35,983 nt of DNA from Myxococcota bacterium (GTDB taxonomy: Bacteria; Myxococcota; JACRCW01), in NCBI GenBank assembly GCA_040752415.1, contig JBFMGU010000101.1, positions 1 through 35,983 on the forward strand, written 5' to 3'. This document shows positions 1 to 8,054 of the stretch, piece by piece. Position 1 is the stretch's first letter. Every line of letters begins with the position of its first letter. The notes below the pieces were generated by a model. The model had not been told where the DNA came from. It made no database searches and saw only the letters and a program-made list of their open reading frames with translations. The translations under genes were made by a program, and so were the position numbers.

Positions 1-195
1 GGGGCCGGGCTGGGGGGACTGGCGCTGGCGCTCCCCGCGTTTGTTGCCGTGCAGGCCGCCTCACCGCTGTTGCAGAATCCCCCACTGAGGCGCCTGCAGG
101 CGCGCGTGGTGACCGAGCACAACCTGCGACTTGCCGACGAGCTCGGCCTCGATCCCCACACCCTGGAGCCCGCGTATTTTCCAGCGCCACGCTAA
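1..195 (+). CDS. 3' end of a gene running in from the left edge (hypothetical, hydrophobic segment)
   Basis: Frame 1 is open from base 1 (GAGLGGLALALPAFVAVQAASPLLQNPPLRRLQARVVTEHNLRLADELGLDPHTLEPAYFPAPR) to TAA at 193-195; not in the ORF track because it lacks a start. Confidence 0.55.
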   Translation, partial: GAGLGGLALALPAFVAVQAASPLLQNPPLRRLQARVVTEHNLRLADELGLDPHTLEPAYFPAPR

Positions 196-300
196 TTTTC
201 CAGTGGGATGCCAACCCACGTGTGTGCGATCCGCGCACGCCATTTCCTGATTCCCTTTCACGTTTCCGTGTGGCTTAGTGATCCGCAGTCGGAGGGGCGG

Positions 301-675
301 ATGACGGTCACATCTTCCAGCGGTGATGTGGCAGCAAGGCTGAAACAGTGGGTGGAAGCGCGTCCGTGGCTGGACGCCAACAAGCTCAGTCCCAAGCAAC
401 TGCAGCAGGCCTCGCGGGAGCTGCACGTGGGATTGACCGAGCTGCTGAAGGCACGTGAGGAGATGCTCGGCCGCGCCACGGAGCAGCTGGAGCAGGCGGG
501 ACGCTCCTTCCAGACCATGCGCGACGCCGCCCAGCTCAAGCGCGTGGACCAGGGCGGCGTCTCGTTCACCGGCTCTCCCGCCATGGCGCGTTTCCAGGAG
601 CAGCAGCGCCCGCACGGCGTGTCCCTGCAGGAGGCGCACGCGCTGGCCGGTGCGCGTCGCAAACAGAGCGCCTGA
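301..675 (+). CDS. hypothetical protein, ~124 aa, helical/coiled-coil
   Basis: GGAGGGG RBS just before ATG at 301; strong GC3 codon bias; MTVTSSSGDVAARLKQWVEARPW... Confidence 0.7.
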   Translation: MTVTSSSGDVAARLKQWVEARPWLDANKLSPKQLQQASRELHVGLTELLKAREEMLGRATEQLEQAGRSFQTMRDAAQLKRVDQGGVSFTGSPAMARFQEQQRPHGVSLQEAHALAGARRKQSA

Positions 676-893
676 GCGCTGACCCGCGGCATTCCCGTCG
701 TCGACCGACGTGCACCTGCGCGCGTGTCGTGAGTCCACGGCCACGTCGTGGCGGGGACGAGGAGGGATGCCTGTCGCACCTCACGCGCCGTCGGGAACAC
801 CGCATCCCACCTGGGCCGCCCGGAGATTTCTGCTTGCTCCGCGCATCCCGGCTGCGCTCCAATGCGTGCGCTCGAGGGGAGTGGAGGTCGCTG

Positions 894-1814
894 ATGCACG
901 GTCTCTTCTGGACGACAACGCTGCTCACGCTGCTGGTGACCGCGCTGCCCGCCCACGCGGCGGAAGGCGGCTGCAAGCTGAGCCCCGACCAGGATCACGT
1001 GGAGCTCAAGCTTCCCGACGTGCCCGCCACCGCGCCGGACCTGCGCTTCTACGGCGACAAGTCGCTCAAGGGCACGCCGGTGATGACGTTGGACAAGAAG
1101 GGCCTGAGCTTCCAGGGACGCGTGCTGTGTGACTGGTCGGGTGGCAGCTACAACGCGCAGAAGAGCGTGAACATGGTGCTGACCTGCAACTTCAAGAACC
1201 AGCCCGGCGCCATTGCCTGCGCGCGTGGCCTGCCGGTCAAGAGCTTCTGGAGTGACGACGGAGAAGGCAGCGCGGTGTTGTTCCTGGAGGTGAAGAAGCT
1301 GGAGAAGGGCATGGCGGAGCTGGAATTCCAGCAGCAGGCGTTGTTCCTCAACGTGGGCGCCCTGGACGCCGAGACGTGGAAGCTGGTGGAGGCGCCCAAC
1401 AAGGCCACGCAGCGGAAGAAGGAACGACGTCGTGCCCTGGTCACCAACAAGAAGTTCCTCAAGTTCACCACGGACATGAACCAGTGCCTGGCCTCTGAGG
1501 ACCGCACCTGCGCCAACAGCCTCATTGCCGGCAAGGACCGTTTCTACGTGCCGGAGCTGCAGTCGCTGGCCGCGGGCTCCACGGGGAACTGTCGCACCGA
1601 CAAGGGCGGCTTCCTCAGCCAGCGCCGCTTCTCGGAGTGCCTGCAGGAGGCGCCCTTCGTGGACCTGCTCAAGGAGTGCTTCAGCCTGGAGGGCGTGGAG
1701 GCGCTGCAGGTCGTCGACGAGAACACGCTCCGCCTGGACGGCGGTGAGCACTGGTGTGAGCTGGTCCGCGAGGATGACGAGTGGACGCTGGAGACCATCA
1801 CGCCCAAGGACTGA
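894..1814 (+). CDS. secreted Cys-containing hypothetical protein (~306 aa)
   Basis: GGAGG RBS before ATG 894; signal peptide MHGLFWTTTLLTLLVTALPAHA|A; Lys-rich, high GC3. Confidence 0.8.
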   Translation: MHGLFWTTTLLTLLVTALPAHAAEGGCKLSPDQDHVELKLPDVPATAPDLRFYGDKSLKGTPVMTLDKKGLSFQGRVLCDWSGGSYNAQKSVNMVLTCNFKNQPGAIACARGLPVKSFWSDDGEGSAVLFLEVKKLEKGMAELEFQQQALFLNVGALDAETWKLVEAPNKATQRKKERRRALVTNKKFLKFTTDMNQCLASEDRTCANSLIAGKDRFYVPELQSLAAGSTGNCRTDKGGFLSQRRFSECLQEAPFVDLLKECFSLEGVEALQVVDENTLRLDGGEHWCELVREDDEWTLETITPKD

Positions 1815-1826
1815 GGGGCGGTTGGA

Positions 1827-2100
1827 GGGGCGTCGGGAATTCCGAAAAGGAAGTCAGAAGTCAGAATACAGAAGTCAGAAGGGGCTGACCTGTCGTCGTC
1901 GCGGGGGCGTCGGGGAATTCCGAAAAGGAAGTCGGAAGTCAGAATGCAGAAGTCAGAAGGTGCTTGCCCGTCGTCGTCACGGGACCACCTTCTGACTTCT
2001 GACTTCTGACTCCTGACTTCCTTCTTTGGGGATTCTCCGACAACCCATGACTTCTGACTTCCTTTTTCGGAACTCCCCGACAACCCCATGACCTGTCGTC
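1827..2100. repeat. mosaic of four related repeat units (2 forward, 2 inverted) built from a GGGGAATTCCGAAAAGG head plus AGAAGTC heptamer tandem
   Basis: Forward units ~1827-1905 and ~1904-1983; reverse-complement units ~1986-2046 and ~2049-2087; lies between convergent genes. Confidence 0.9.
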
Positions 2101-3264
2101 TCAGCGCAGCTCCACCCGCGGCACGCGCTCCTCGGTGGAAGCGTCCGGCTCCACCTCCAGGCTGATGTAGCCAATCTCCCGTCCGTCCTCGGTCTCCACC
2201 TGCACGCGCCAGTCGCCGGGCTTGTGGTTGGACTTGTAGGCAAAGCCGCGGAACCCCTCATTGCGGCCGCCGGTCACCGTGAGCGGAATGACGTCGGAGG
2301 TGAGCCAGCCGCGTTTCTCGTCGAGGTAGAGCCAGCGGATGTTGACGCGGTCCCGGAAGTTGCGCGGCGCGAAGATGCGCGCGAAGCAGTAGATGCGGTC
2401 GCCCTCGCGCGCCTGGAAGAGCTGGTCGCCGTGGTGCCAGAAACGCCAACCGGGACGGTAATGCGTGAGCTTGAAGGCGGAGCCCTCCCGCGTGACGTCG
2501 TGGTAGATGCCCAGGTACTGCACGGAGAGCGGCACCGGCGGCACCATGCGGAAGGTGTAGAGCAGCACCAGCAGCACCTGCACCGCCGCGCCCGGCACGA
2601 ACACCCGCAGCGCCGCGCGCTTCACATCCCCCAGCCAACGCGCCATCACCTTGAAGAGCAGCCAGCTCACCCCCAACGAGAGCGCCACGGCCAGCAGGAA
2701 CAGCCACGCGCTCAAGAACCCGACGAGGATGGGCCCCGCGTACGCCAGGTACGAGGTGATGATGAACGCGAACAACCCGAAGCGCACCACCGGGCCCAGC
2801 GCGCGGAAGCGCGGCAGCTCATTGGCCACCAGCAGGCCGAACATCAGCACAAGGAACAACACCGAGGTCAGCCCGGAAGCGCTCTTGAAATAGAACAACG
2901 CGAAGCTGGAGAGCAGGCTGCCGAAGAAGAAGTGGATGGCGCTCTCCGAGAACGGCAGCACCTTCTGCAACCACGGCGGCGGCGTGGCCACCTTCAACAC
3001 ATAACGCTGGTCCAGCATCAAGAGCGTACCGAGGATCAGCATGTAGACCGCGTGCTGCACCAGCGTGAGCACATCATCAATGCGCCCCAGCGTGACGACG
3101 TCAATGATGAAGCCCAGCGCAAAGAACGCCGCGGTCTCCGCCTTCTCATGCTGCGCGCGGAAGGCCTGGATGCGCTCCTTCAGCGGCGTGGGCGCGGGGG
3201 GTGCGGGTGGCGGTGCGGGCTCGGGCGCGGAGGGCTCCGCGAGGGGGGCGGCGGGTTCACTCAT
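2101..3264 (-). CDS. DUF2914-type multi-TM membrane protein with C-terminal beta-sandwich
   Basis: About 8 hydrophobic helices, then 'IYCFARIFAP...GGRNEGFRGFAYKSNHKPGDWRVQVETEDGREIG', typical of the DUF2914 C-terminal domain. Confidence 0.8.
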   Translation of the reverse strand: MSEPAAPLAEPSAPEPAPPPAPPAPTPLKERIQAFRAQHEKAETAAFFALGFIIDVVTLGRIDDVLTLVQHAVYMLILGTLLMLDQRYVLKVATPPPWLQKVLPFSESAIHFFFGSLLSSFALFYFKSASGLTSVLFLVLMFGLLVANELPRFRALGPVVRFGLFAFIITSYLAYAGPILVGFLSAWLFLLAVALSLGVSWLLFKVMARWLGDVKRAALRVFVPGAAVQVLLVLLYTFRMVPPVPLSVQYLGIYHDVTREGSAFKLTHYRPGWRFWHHGDQLFQAREGDRIYCFARIFAPRNFRDRVNIRWLYLDEKRGWLTSDVIPLTVTGGRNEGFRGFAYKSNHKPGDWRVQVETEDGREIGYISLEVEPDASTEERVPRVELR

Positions 3265-3371
3265 GGCGTCGGATTCGCGCGGCCATTGAAGCGGTCAGGT
3301 GCACGCCGCTGTCAAGCCGCTCCGCACAGTCCGAGCGGTGGCCCGCAGGTATACTCGGACGCGAGGCGGAT

Positions 3372-3530
3372 ATGACCACCGTCGACACCGCGGGCCACGG
3401 CGTGGCCTTGCTCGTGGACGTGCGACGACACCCCGGCTCCCGTCGTCACCACGAGAGCCCGCGGGTGGACGAGCAGGGCTGGCCCGTCTACGACGTGGGA
3501 TTCCTGCCGCTGGGAGGCCTGCGCCCGTGA
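3372..3530 (+). pseudogene. 52-aa ORF resembling an internally deleted DUF488-family gene
   Basis: MTTVDTAGHG-VALLVDVRRHPGSRRH-HESPRVDEQGWPVYD matches the DUF488 N-terminal motifs (TxGH, LVDVRxxPxSR) joined to a C-terminal-like tail; GAGGCGG RBS; stop overlaps next GTG (GTGA). Confidence 0.5.
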
Positions 3531-4066
3531 GACGTCCTGGTTCCGTCGTGATGCTCGCTGTGCTGACGTGGGGCTGCCCCCGTGAGCCGCAGCTCCCCGA
3601 CACTCCCGCGCCCGCCTCGCAGCCCGCCTCCCGCCCCGCGCACGAGGACGCCCTCTCCGACGTGGCGCGCATCCACGGCGGCACCGGCCCGTGGGTGGTG
3701 GCGGGCCATCGCATGGGCACCTACGCGCTGCGCCAGCTCAACCTGGGTCGCTACAGCCATGAGCTGGAGGTGGTGCACCACAGCCCGCGCCAGGTGCAGT
3801 ACTCCTGCATTGCCGACGGAGCCGCCGCCGCCACCGGGGCCAGCGCGGGCAAGCTGAACCTGGTGCTCCTGGAGTCCGCTCCGTCGGAGACCGCCACCAC
3901 CTACCGCAACCGCACCACCGGGAAGGCGCTCACGCTGAGGCCCACGGCCGCCTTCGAGGCACGCTTCAAGGACCTCCCGCGCGAGCAGCTGGCGGAGGCG
4001 GGACAGCGGGTGATGACGCTGCCGGACCGCGACATCTTCGAGGAAGTCCCCGTCGCCACGCCGTGA
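3527..4066 (+). CDS. FmdE/FwdE-like domain lipoprotein
   Basis: GGAGG RBS and GTG 3527; lipobox-like VMLAVLTWGC; FmdE-like motifs 'IHGGTGPWVVAGHRMG' and 'SCIADGAAAATGASAGKLNL'. Confidence 0.7.
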   Translation: MRRPGSVVMLAVLTWGCPREPQLPDTPAPASQPASRPAHEDALSDVARIHGGTGPWVVAGHRMGTYALRQLNLGRYSHELEVVHHSPRQVQYSCIADGAAAATGASAGKLNLVLLESAPSETATTYRNRTTGKALTLRPTAAFEARFKDLPREQLAEAGQRVMTLPDRDIFEEVPVATP

Positions 4067-4244
4067 AACCCGCAACCGCTGCGGCAACGGCGCTCCTCCG
4101 CGCGACCGCGTCGTGGCTGCTTCCGGGGGATCCGGCGCAGCTTTCACGGAACGCCGGTGATCCGCAGCGGATCCGTTCCCGGAAGTGCGCAACGGATGCC
4201 GGACCGGCGCGCCCCGTCGTCGACGAGGAAATCACCGGCGAAGC

Positions 4245-4260
4245 TGGCGCACGGCATGCA
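4245..4260 (+). promoter_or_regulatory. candidate sigma-54 (-24/-12) promoter
   Basis: TGGCGCACGGCATGCA has the GG-N10-GC spacing (GG 4246-47, GC 4258-59), ~55 bp upstream of ATG 4314. Confidence 0.4.
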
Positions 4261-4313
4261 GGCGCGTGAGGTCACGGGGCGCGCGAGGTGCCCGACGGTC
4301 CGGGAGAAGTGCC

Positions 4314-6005
4314 ATGAGCCACCGCATCCTGCTGGTGTGTCCCGACGACGCGCGGCGACAGGGTTACGCGAAGACGCTGGAGGGCCTGGGCTACCCGGTG
4401 AAGTCCTGCGGCACCGTGGAGGAGGCGGTGGAGCTGGTGGACGTGTTCGACCCCTCGACGGTGGCGTTGGTGACGGGAGCCCCACCGGACCAGGACGTGG
4501 TGAACCGCCTGGCGCAGGTGGCCACCAGCACCGCCATGGCGCTCGTGGTCATGGCGCCGCCGCTCGACGTGGCAGCGACGGTGGACCTGTTGTGTCGCGG
4601 CGTGAGCGCGGTGTTCTCCGACGGGTGGGACCGCGACGCCTTGCGGGCCGCGCTCCTGGAGCTGCTGGGTGAGGAGCCCAGCGACGACCGCTTCGAGCAT
4701 TCGGTGCTGCGACACGGTCCCCTCACCTTTGCGCGCATCCACCACACGCTCACGGAGCGTCTGGCCACCGGCGACCTGCACGTGCAGCGCGGCACCACCG
4801 CCACCACCATCTCCTACCGTGACGGTCAGATGGAGCCCGGTGAGGGCGACGCCGCGCTGGCCGCGCTGCTGGAGTCCTCCGCGCCCGAGCACTGGGATTT
4901 CCAGTTCCGCGTTCCCGTGGTGGGCAGGGAGGAGCCGGATTCCTTCGACGTCGACGTGGTGGAGGAGGATGCCACCACCGCGGAGACGCCCGAGCCGGTG
5001 GAGCTCCCCGACGCCGCGGTGGTGGTGCCCGCGCCGGGCCAGGTGCTGTGCCTGCTCGTCGAGGACGACAAGGAGGTGCGGCACATGTACGCGCGCCTGC
5101 TGGGCCGCAACGGCATTGTGGTGGAGTCCGCCCCCGACGGGAAACTGGGCTACGACATGGCGCGTGCGGTCCACCCGGACGTCATCATCTCCGACGTCAT
5201 GATGCCGGGTGTCGACGGGTGGGGCCTGCTCTCCCTGGTGCGCCACGACTTCCACCTGCGCGAGACGCCGTTCTTCCTGCTGAGCTGTCACCAGGAGAAG
5301 CTGGACCAGCTGCGTGACGCCGACGCGGGTGCCAACGGCTACCTGCCCAAGGGCATGAAGGTCACGCAGATTGCCGCACGCATCCAGGACGCGGTGACCC
5401 GCCAACGGGAGATCCTGTTCCGCCTGGCGCGTGACGGCGGCATTGCCGGGCGGCTGGCCGAGGTGGGCATCCAGCACCTGCTGGCGGCGATGTCGCGGCT
5501 GGGCGTGTCCGGGGTGCTGCACGTGGTGGCGCGCGGCGCACATCACGAGGTGGTGATGGCCCGCGGCAGGTTGGTGGAGGTGAAGGGCATGGTGGGCGAG
5601 ACGCCGCAGTCCGGACGCGACGCGTTGCGCTGGCTGCTCACCCTGGGGGACGGGCACTTCGAGTTCGAGCCCACCACGACGGTGACGGGCTGGTCGCAGG
5701 GGGTGCCGGTGGGTGCGTTGGTGGAGGAGGTCTGCGAGGAGCTCAACACGCTGTCCCGCAACGTGACCGACCGCCTGCTGCTCCACGACGGCGTGCTGGA
5801 CTTCAACCCGCTCCTCCTGCGTCCCTACCTGCTGAACTGCCCCGCCACCGTGCAACCGGTGGTGCAGGCCCTCTCGACGGGGACACCGCCGCGCCGCCTC
5901 ATGGAGAGCGATGCGTTCTCCCCGATGCTGGTGGATGCTGTCGTCGAGGATCTGCTGGTGAAGGGCGTGGCGCGCCTGCGGGGGGCCCAGGGCGTGGCGG
6001 CCTAG
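4314..6005 (+). CDS. response regulator: degenerate REC - DUF4388/PatA_N-like - REC - DUF4388/PatA_N-like
   Basis: Second receiver is intact (LLVEDD...PDVIISDVMMPGVDG...YLPK); 'GRLAEVGIQHLLAAMSRLGVSGVLHV...GDGHFEFEP' is DUF4388-like; the N-terminal receiver lacks canonical acidic residues. Confidence 0.8.
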   Translation: MSHRILLVCPDDARRQGYAKTLEGLGYPVKSCGTVEEAVELVDVFDPSTVALVTGAPPDQDVVNRLAQVATSTAMALVVMAPPLDVAATVDLLCRGVSAVFSDGWDRDALRAALLELLGEEPSDDRFEHSVLRHGPLTFARIHHTLTERLATGDLHVQRGTTATTISYRDGQMEPGEGDAALAALLESSAPEHWDFQFRVPVVGREEPDSFDVDVVEEDATTAETPEPVELPDAAVVVPAPGQVLCLLVEDDKEVRHMYARLLGRNGIVVESAPDGKLGYDMARAVHPDVIISDVMMPGVDGWGLLSLVRHDFHLRETPFFLLSCHQEKLDQLRDADAGANGYLPKGMKVTQIAARIQDAVTRQREILFRLARDGGIAGRLAEVGIQHLLAAMSRLGVSGVLHVVARGAHHEVVMARGRLVEVKGMVGETPQSGRDALRWLLTLGDGHFEFEPTTTVTGWSQGVPVGALVEEVCEELNTLSRNVTDRLLLHDGVLDFNPLLLRPYLLNCPATVQPVVQALSTGTPPRRLMESDAFSPMLVDAVVEDLLVKGVARLRGAQGVAA

Positions 6006-6637
6006 AGACGACGCGGCGCCTTGAGGATGGCGCTGGCCTCCTCCTTCTGCACGCGTTCCTCCTCGTCACCACCGCCGGACTGCGCGGCGGCGTTGATGGC
6101 GTGTTTGCTGGCCAGCGTGGCGCGCTTGGCGGCTTCCGCGGCGGGGTCGGAGGTGGTGGCCACCACGGGCGCGGGCGCGGTGTTCCCGGCCACGGTGCGG
6201 ATGACCAGGCCACTCTCGCCCAGCGCGGCCTTGAGGCTCTCGACGGCAAACGAGAGCGCGCGCTCGGTGGCGGTGAGTCGCGGGTCCACTTCCGCGCCCA
6301 CGCGGCCCTGTGCCTGCAACGCCGCCTCCTCCTTGGCGCGCGCCGCCTCCGCCGCCTGCAGGGGCCCCTTCGCCGCGTCGCGCGCCGCACGCGCCGTGGC
6401 CTCGTCGGTGACCGGCGGCAGCGCGCGCAGTCGCTCCGCCTCCGCGGCCTTCCCCCCGTCCTGCAGCGCCTTGACGGCGTGCACGCGCAGCGCGCGGTCC
6501 GCCCAGGTGAAGGCGAGCTTGTGTCGGTCCGGCGTGGCGAGGCGTCCCACCATCCTCTCCACCGTCTCACGGGCAAGGCGCGAAGAGGTCGTCATCACCG
6601 GCGCGGGCGGATCGTTCTTCTCGGGCGGATTGGGCAT
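6002..6637 (-). CDS. Ala-rich helical hypothetical protein
   Basis: ATG at 6637, high GC3 on the minus strand, stop overlaps the convergent regulator stop; start uncertain. Confidence 0.65.
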   Translation of the reverse strand: MPNPPEKNDPPAPVMTTSSRLARETVERMVGRLATPDRHKLAFTWADRALRVHAVKALQDGGKAAEAERLRALPPVTDEATARAARDAAKGPLQAAEAARAKEEAALQAQGRVGAEVDPRLTATERALSFAVESLKAALGESGLVIRTVAGNTAPAPVVATTSDPAAEAAKRATLASKHAINAAAQSGGGDEEERVQKEEASAILKAPRRL

Positions 6638-6765
6638 GCACGCATTCTGGCCCGGAATGGCGCGGCGTTCCAGATTCCTGCTGGTCCCATCGGGCCGGTT
6701 GCGCGCGCCCTTTACACGCGGGCCCTCCGTGACGCACAACGCGGGGCACTTCTCACCCATTGCGC

Positions 6766-7638
6766 ATGCTGCCTGCTCCCCACACCGCCGTCGGCTCCCG
6801 TCTCTGCATCCTTTCCGCCGCGGTGCTGTGGTCCACTGCCGGTGCGGCCATCAAGCTGAGCAATCTCACCAGCTGGCAGATCTCGGGTGGTCGCAGCGTG
6901 GTGGCGGCGTTGGTGTTGTTCCTGCTCTTCCCGGAAGCGCGCGTGCGTCCCTCGCGCACGGTGGCGTGGGTGGCGCTGGCGTACGCCATGACGGTGACGC
7001 TCTTCGTGGTGGCCAACAAGCTCACCACCGCAGCCAACGCCATCTTCATCCAGGACGCGGCACCGCTGTACGTGCTGATCCTGAGCCCCTGGCTGCTCAA
7101 GGAATCCCCCACGCGCAGCGAGCTGATGGCGGTGCCCATCTACGTGGTGGGGATCCTGCTCTTCTTCGTGGACCAGCTCACGCCGGGGCAGGTGCAGGGC
7201 AACCTGGTGGCGCTGGGCTCCGGCGTGGCCTTCGCGTTCTCCATCATGGGCCTGCGGCTGCTGCGCGGCGGGGGCACCAACGCGGCCACGGCGTGGGGCA
7301 ACCTGCTGGCGTTCCTGGTGTGCCTGCCGCTTGCCGTGGGTGGACCGGCTCCCACCACCACCGACGTGGGAATCGTGCTCTTCCTGGGCGTCTTCCAGCT
7401 GGGCCTGGCCTACGCGCTGTTTGGCCTGGGGCTGCAGCGCACCTCGGCGGTGGAGGCCTCCCTGCTCATCCTGCTGGAGCCGGTGCTCAACGCGGTGTGG
7501 GCCTTCCTCTTCGCGCATGAGACGCCGGGTCCGTGGGCGGTGGTGGGTGGCGCCATTGTGCTCCTGGCCACGGCGTGGCGCACGCTCTCGTCGACGCGCA
7601 CGCGCACGGTGGTGGCACAGACGGACGCGGTGGGCTGA
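6766..7638 (+). CDS. EamA/DMT family transporter
   Basis: About 10 TM helices in two repeats; 'ANAIFIQDAAPLYVLILSPWLLKE' and 'EASLLILLEPVLNAVWAFLFAHETPG'. Confidence 0.9.
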   Translation: MLPAPHTAVGSRLCILSAAVLWSTAGAAIKLSNLTSWQISGGRSVVAALVLFLLFPEARVRPSRTVAWVALAYAMTVTLFVVANKLTTAANAIFIQDAAPLYVLILSPWLLKESPTRSELMAVPIYVVGILLFFVDQLTPGQVQGNLVALGSGVAFAFSIMGLRLLRGGGTNAATAWGNLLAFLVCLPLAVGGPAPTTTDVGIVLFLGVFQLGLAYALFGLGLQRTSAVEASLLILLEPVLNAVWAFLFAHETPGPWAVVGGAIVLLATAWRTLSSTRTRTVVAQTDAVG

Positions 7639-7698
7639 CCGTGCCGCGGTGATGAGCCGGCGGCGGTACACGAAAGTCAGACGAATCACCCTAAGGGA

Positions 7699-8028
7699 GG
7701 CGGGCGAACACCTAAGGGGCGTCGTCAAGATAAGTTGCCCATTTGGTCCTGACCGCCTCCAGTGGACCACGGCCTGGAGTGCGGCGGGCCCTCGCCGCCC
7801 TGGTCAGCGTCGAGCGGTTTGGACAACCGTCAAGGCCCGACGCGCCACGAGACAACGCCCCCGCCCGACGTCATGGAGTCCCAGGGCCGTTCGGCCCGCT
7901 GTGAACGCGCTCGGCGCTGGCCAGGGCGGCGAGGGCCCGCCGCACTCCAGGTCGTGGTCCGCTGGAGGCGGTCAGGACCAGATGGGCAACTTATCTTGAC
8001 GCAGCCCCAGCTCAGGTGTTCGCCCGCC
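7699..8028. repeat. long inverted repeat/REP doublet (REPIN- or MITE-like), no transposase
   Basis: 94-bp arms 7723-7816 and 7908-8001 (5 mismatches), plus outer perfect 15-bp arms 7699-7713 and 8014-8028; each arm holds GGAG-T-GCGGCG-N6-CGCCGC (7776-7798; inverted 7926-7948). Confidence 0.9.
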
Positions 8029-8054
8029 CCACCGACTGGCGCACCTATCTGACG

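Noticed and set aside
258..1751. 497-aa minus-strand ORF, and similar long antisense/off-frame ORFs (e.g. 4272-5855, 11859-13343, 14623-16302, 26050-28053, 30664-32949)
   Set aside because: They overlap well-supported genes; stop-poor shadow frames are expected at ~70% GC
1827..2100. Possible CRISPR array
   Set aside because: Units are internally heptameric, partly inverted, spacers are related to each other, and no cas genes are present
3285..3315. Perfect TTGACA on the minus strand upstream of the DUF2914 gene
   Set aside because: The best -10 (TTCAAT) is 19 bp away; too weak to call a promoter
7699..8028. Autonomous IS element or small genes (7762-8052, 7331-7999)
   Set aside because: No transposase; no clear target duplication; the ORFs are translations of the inverted repeat
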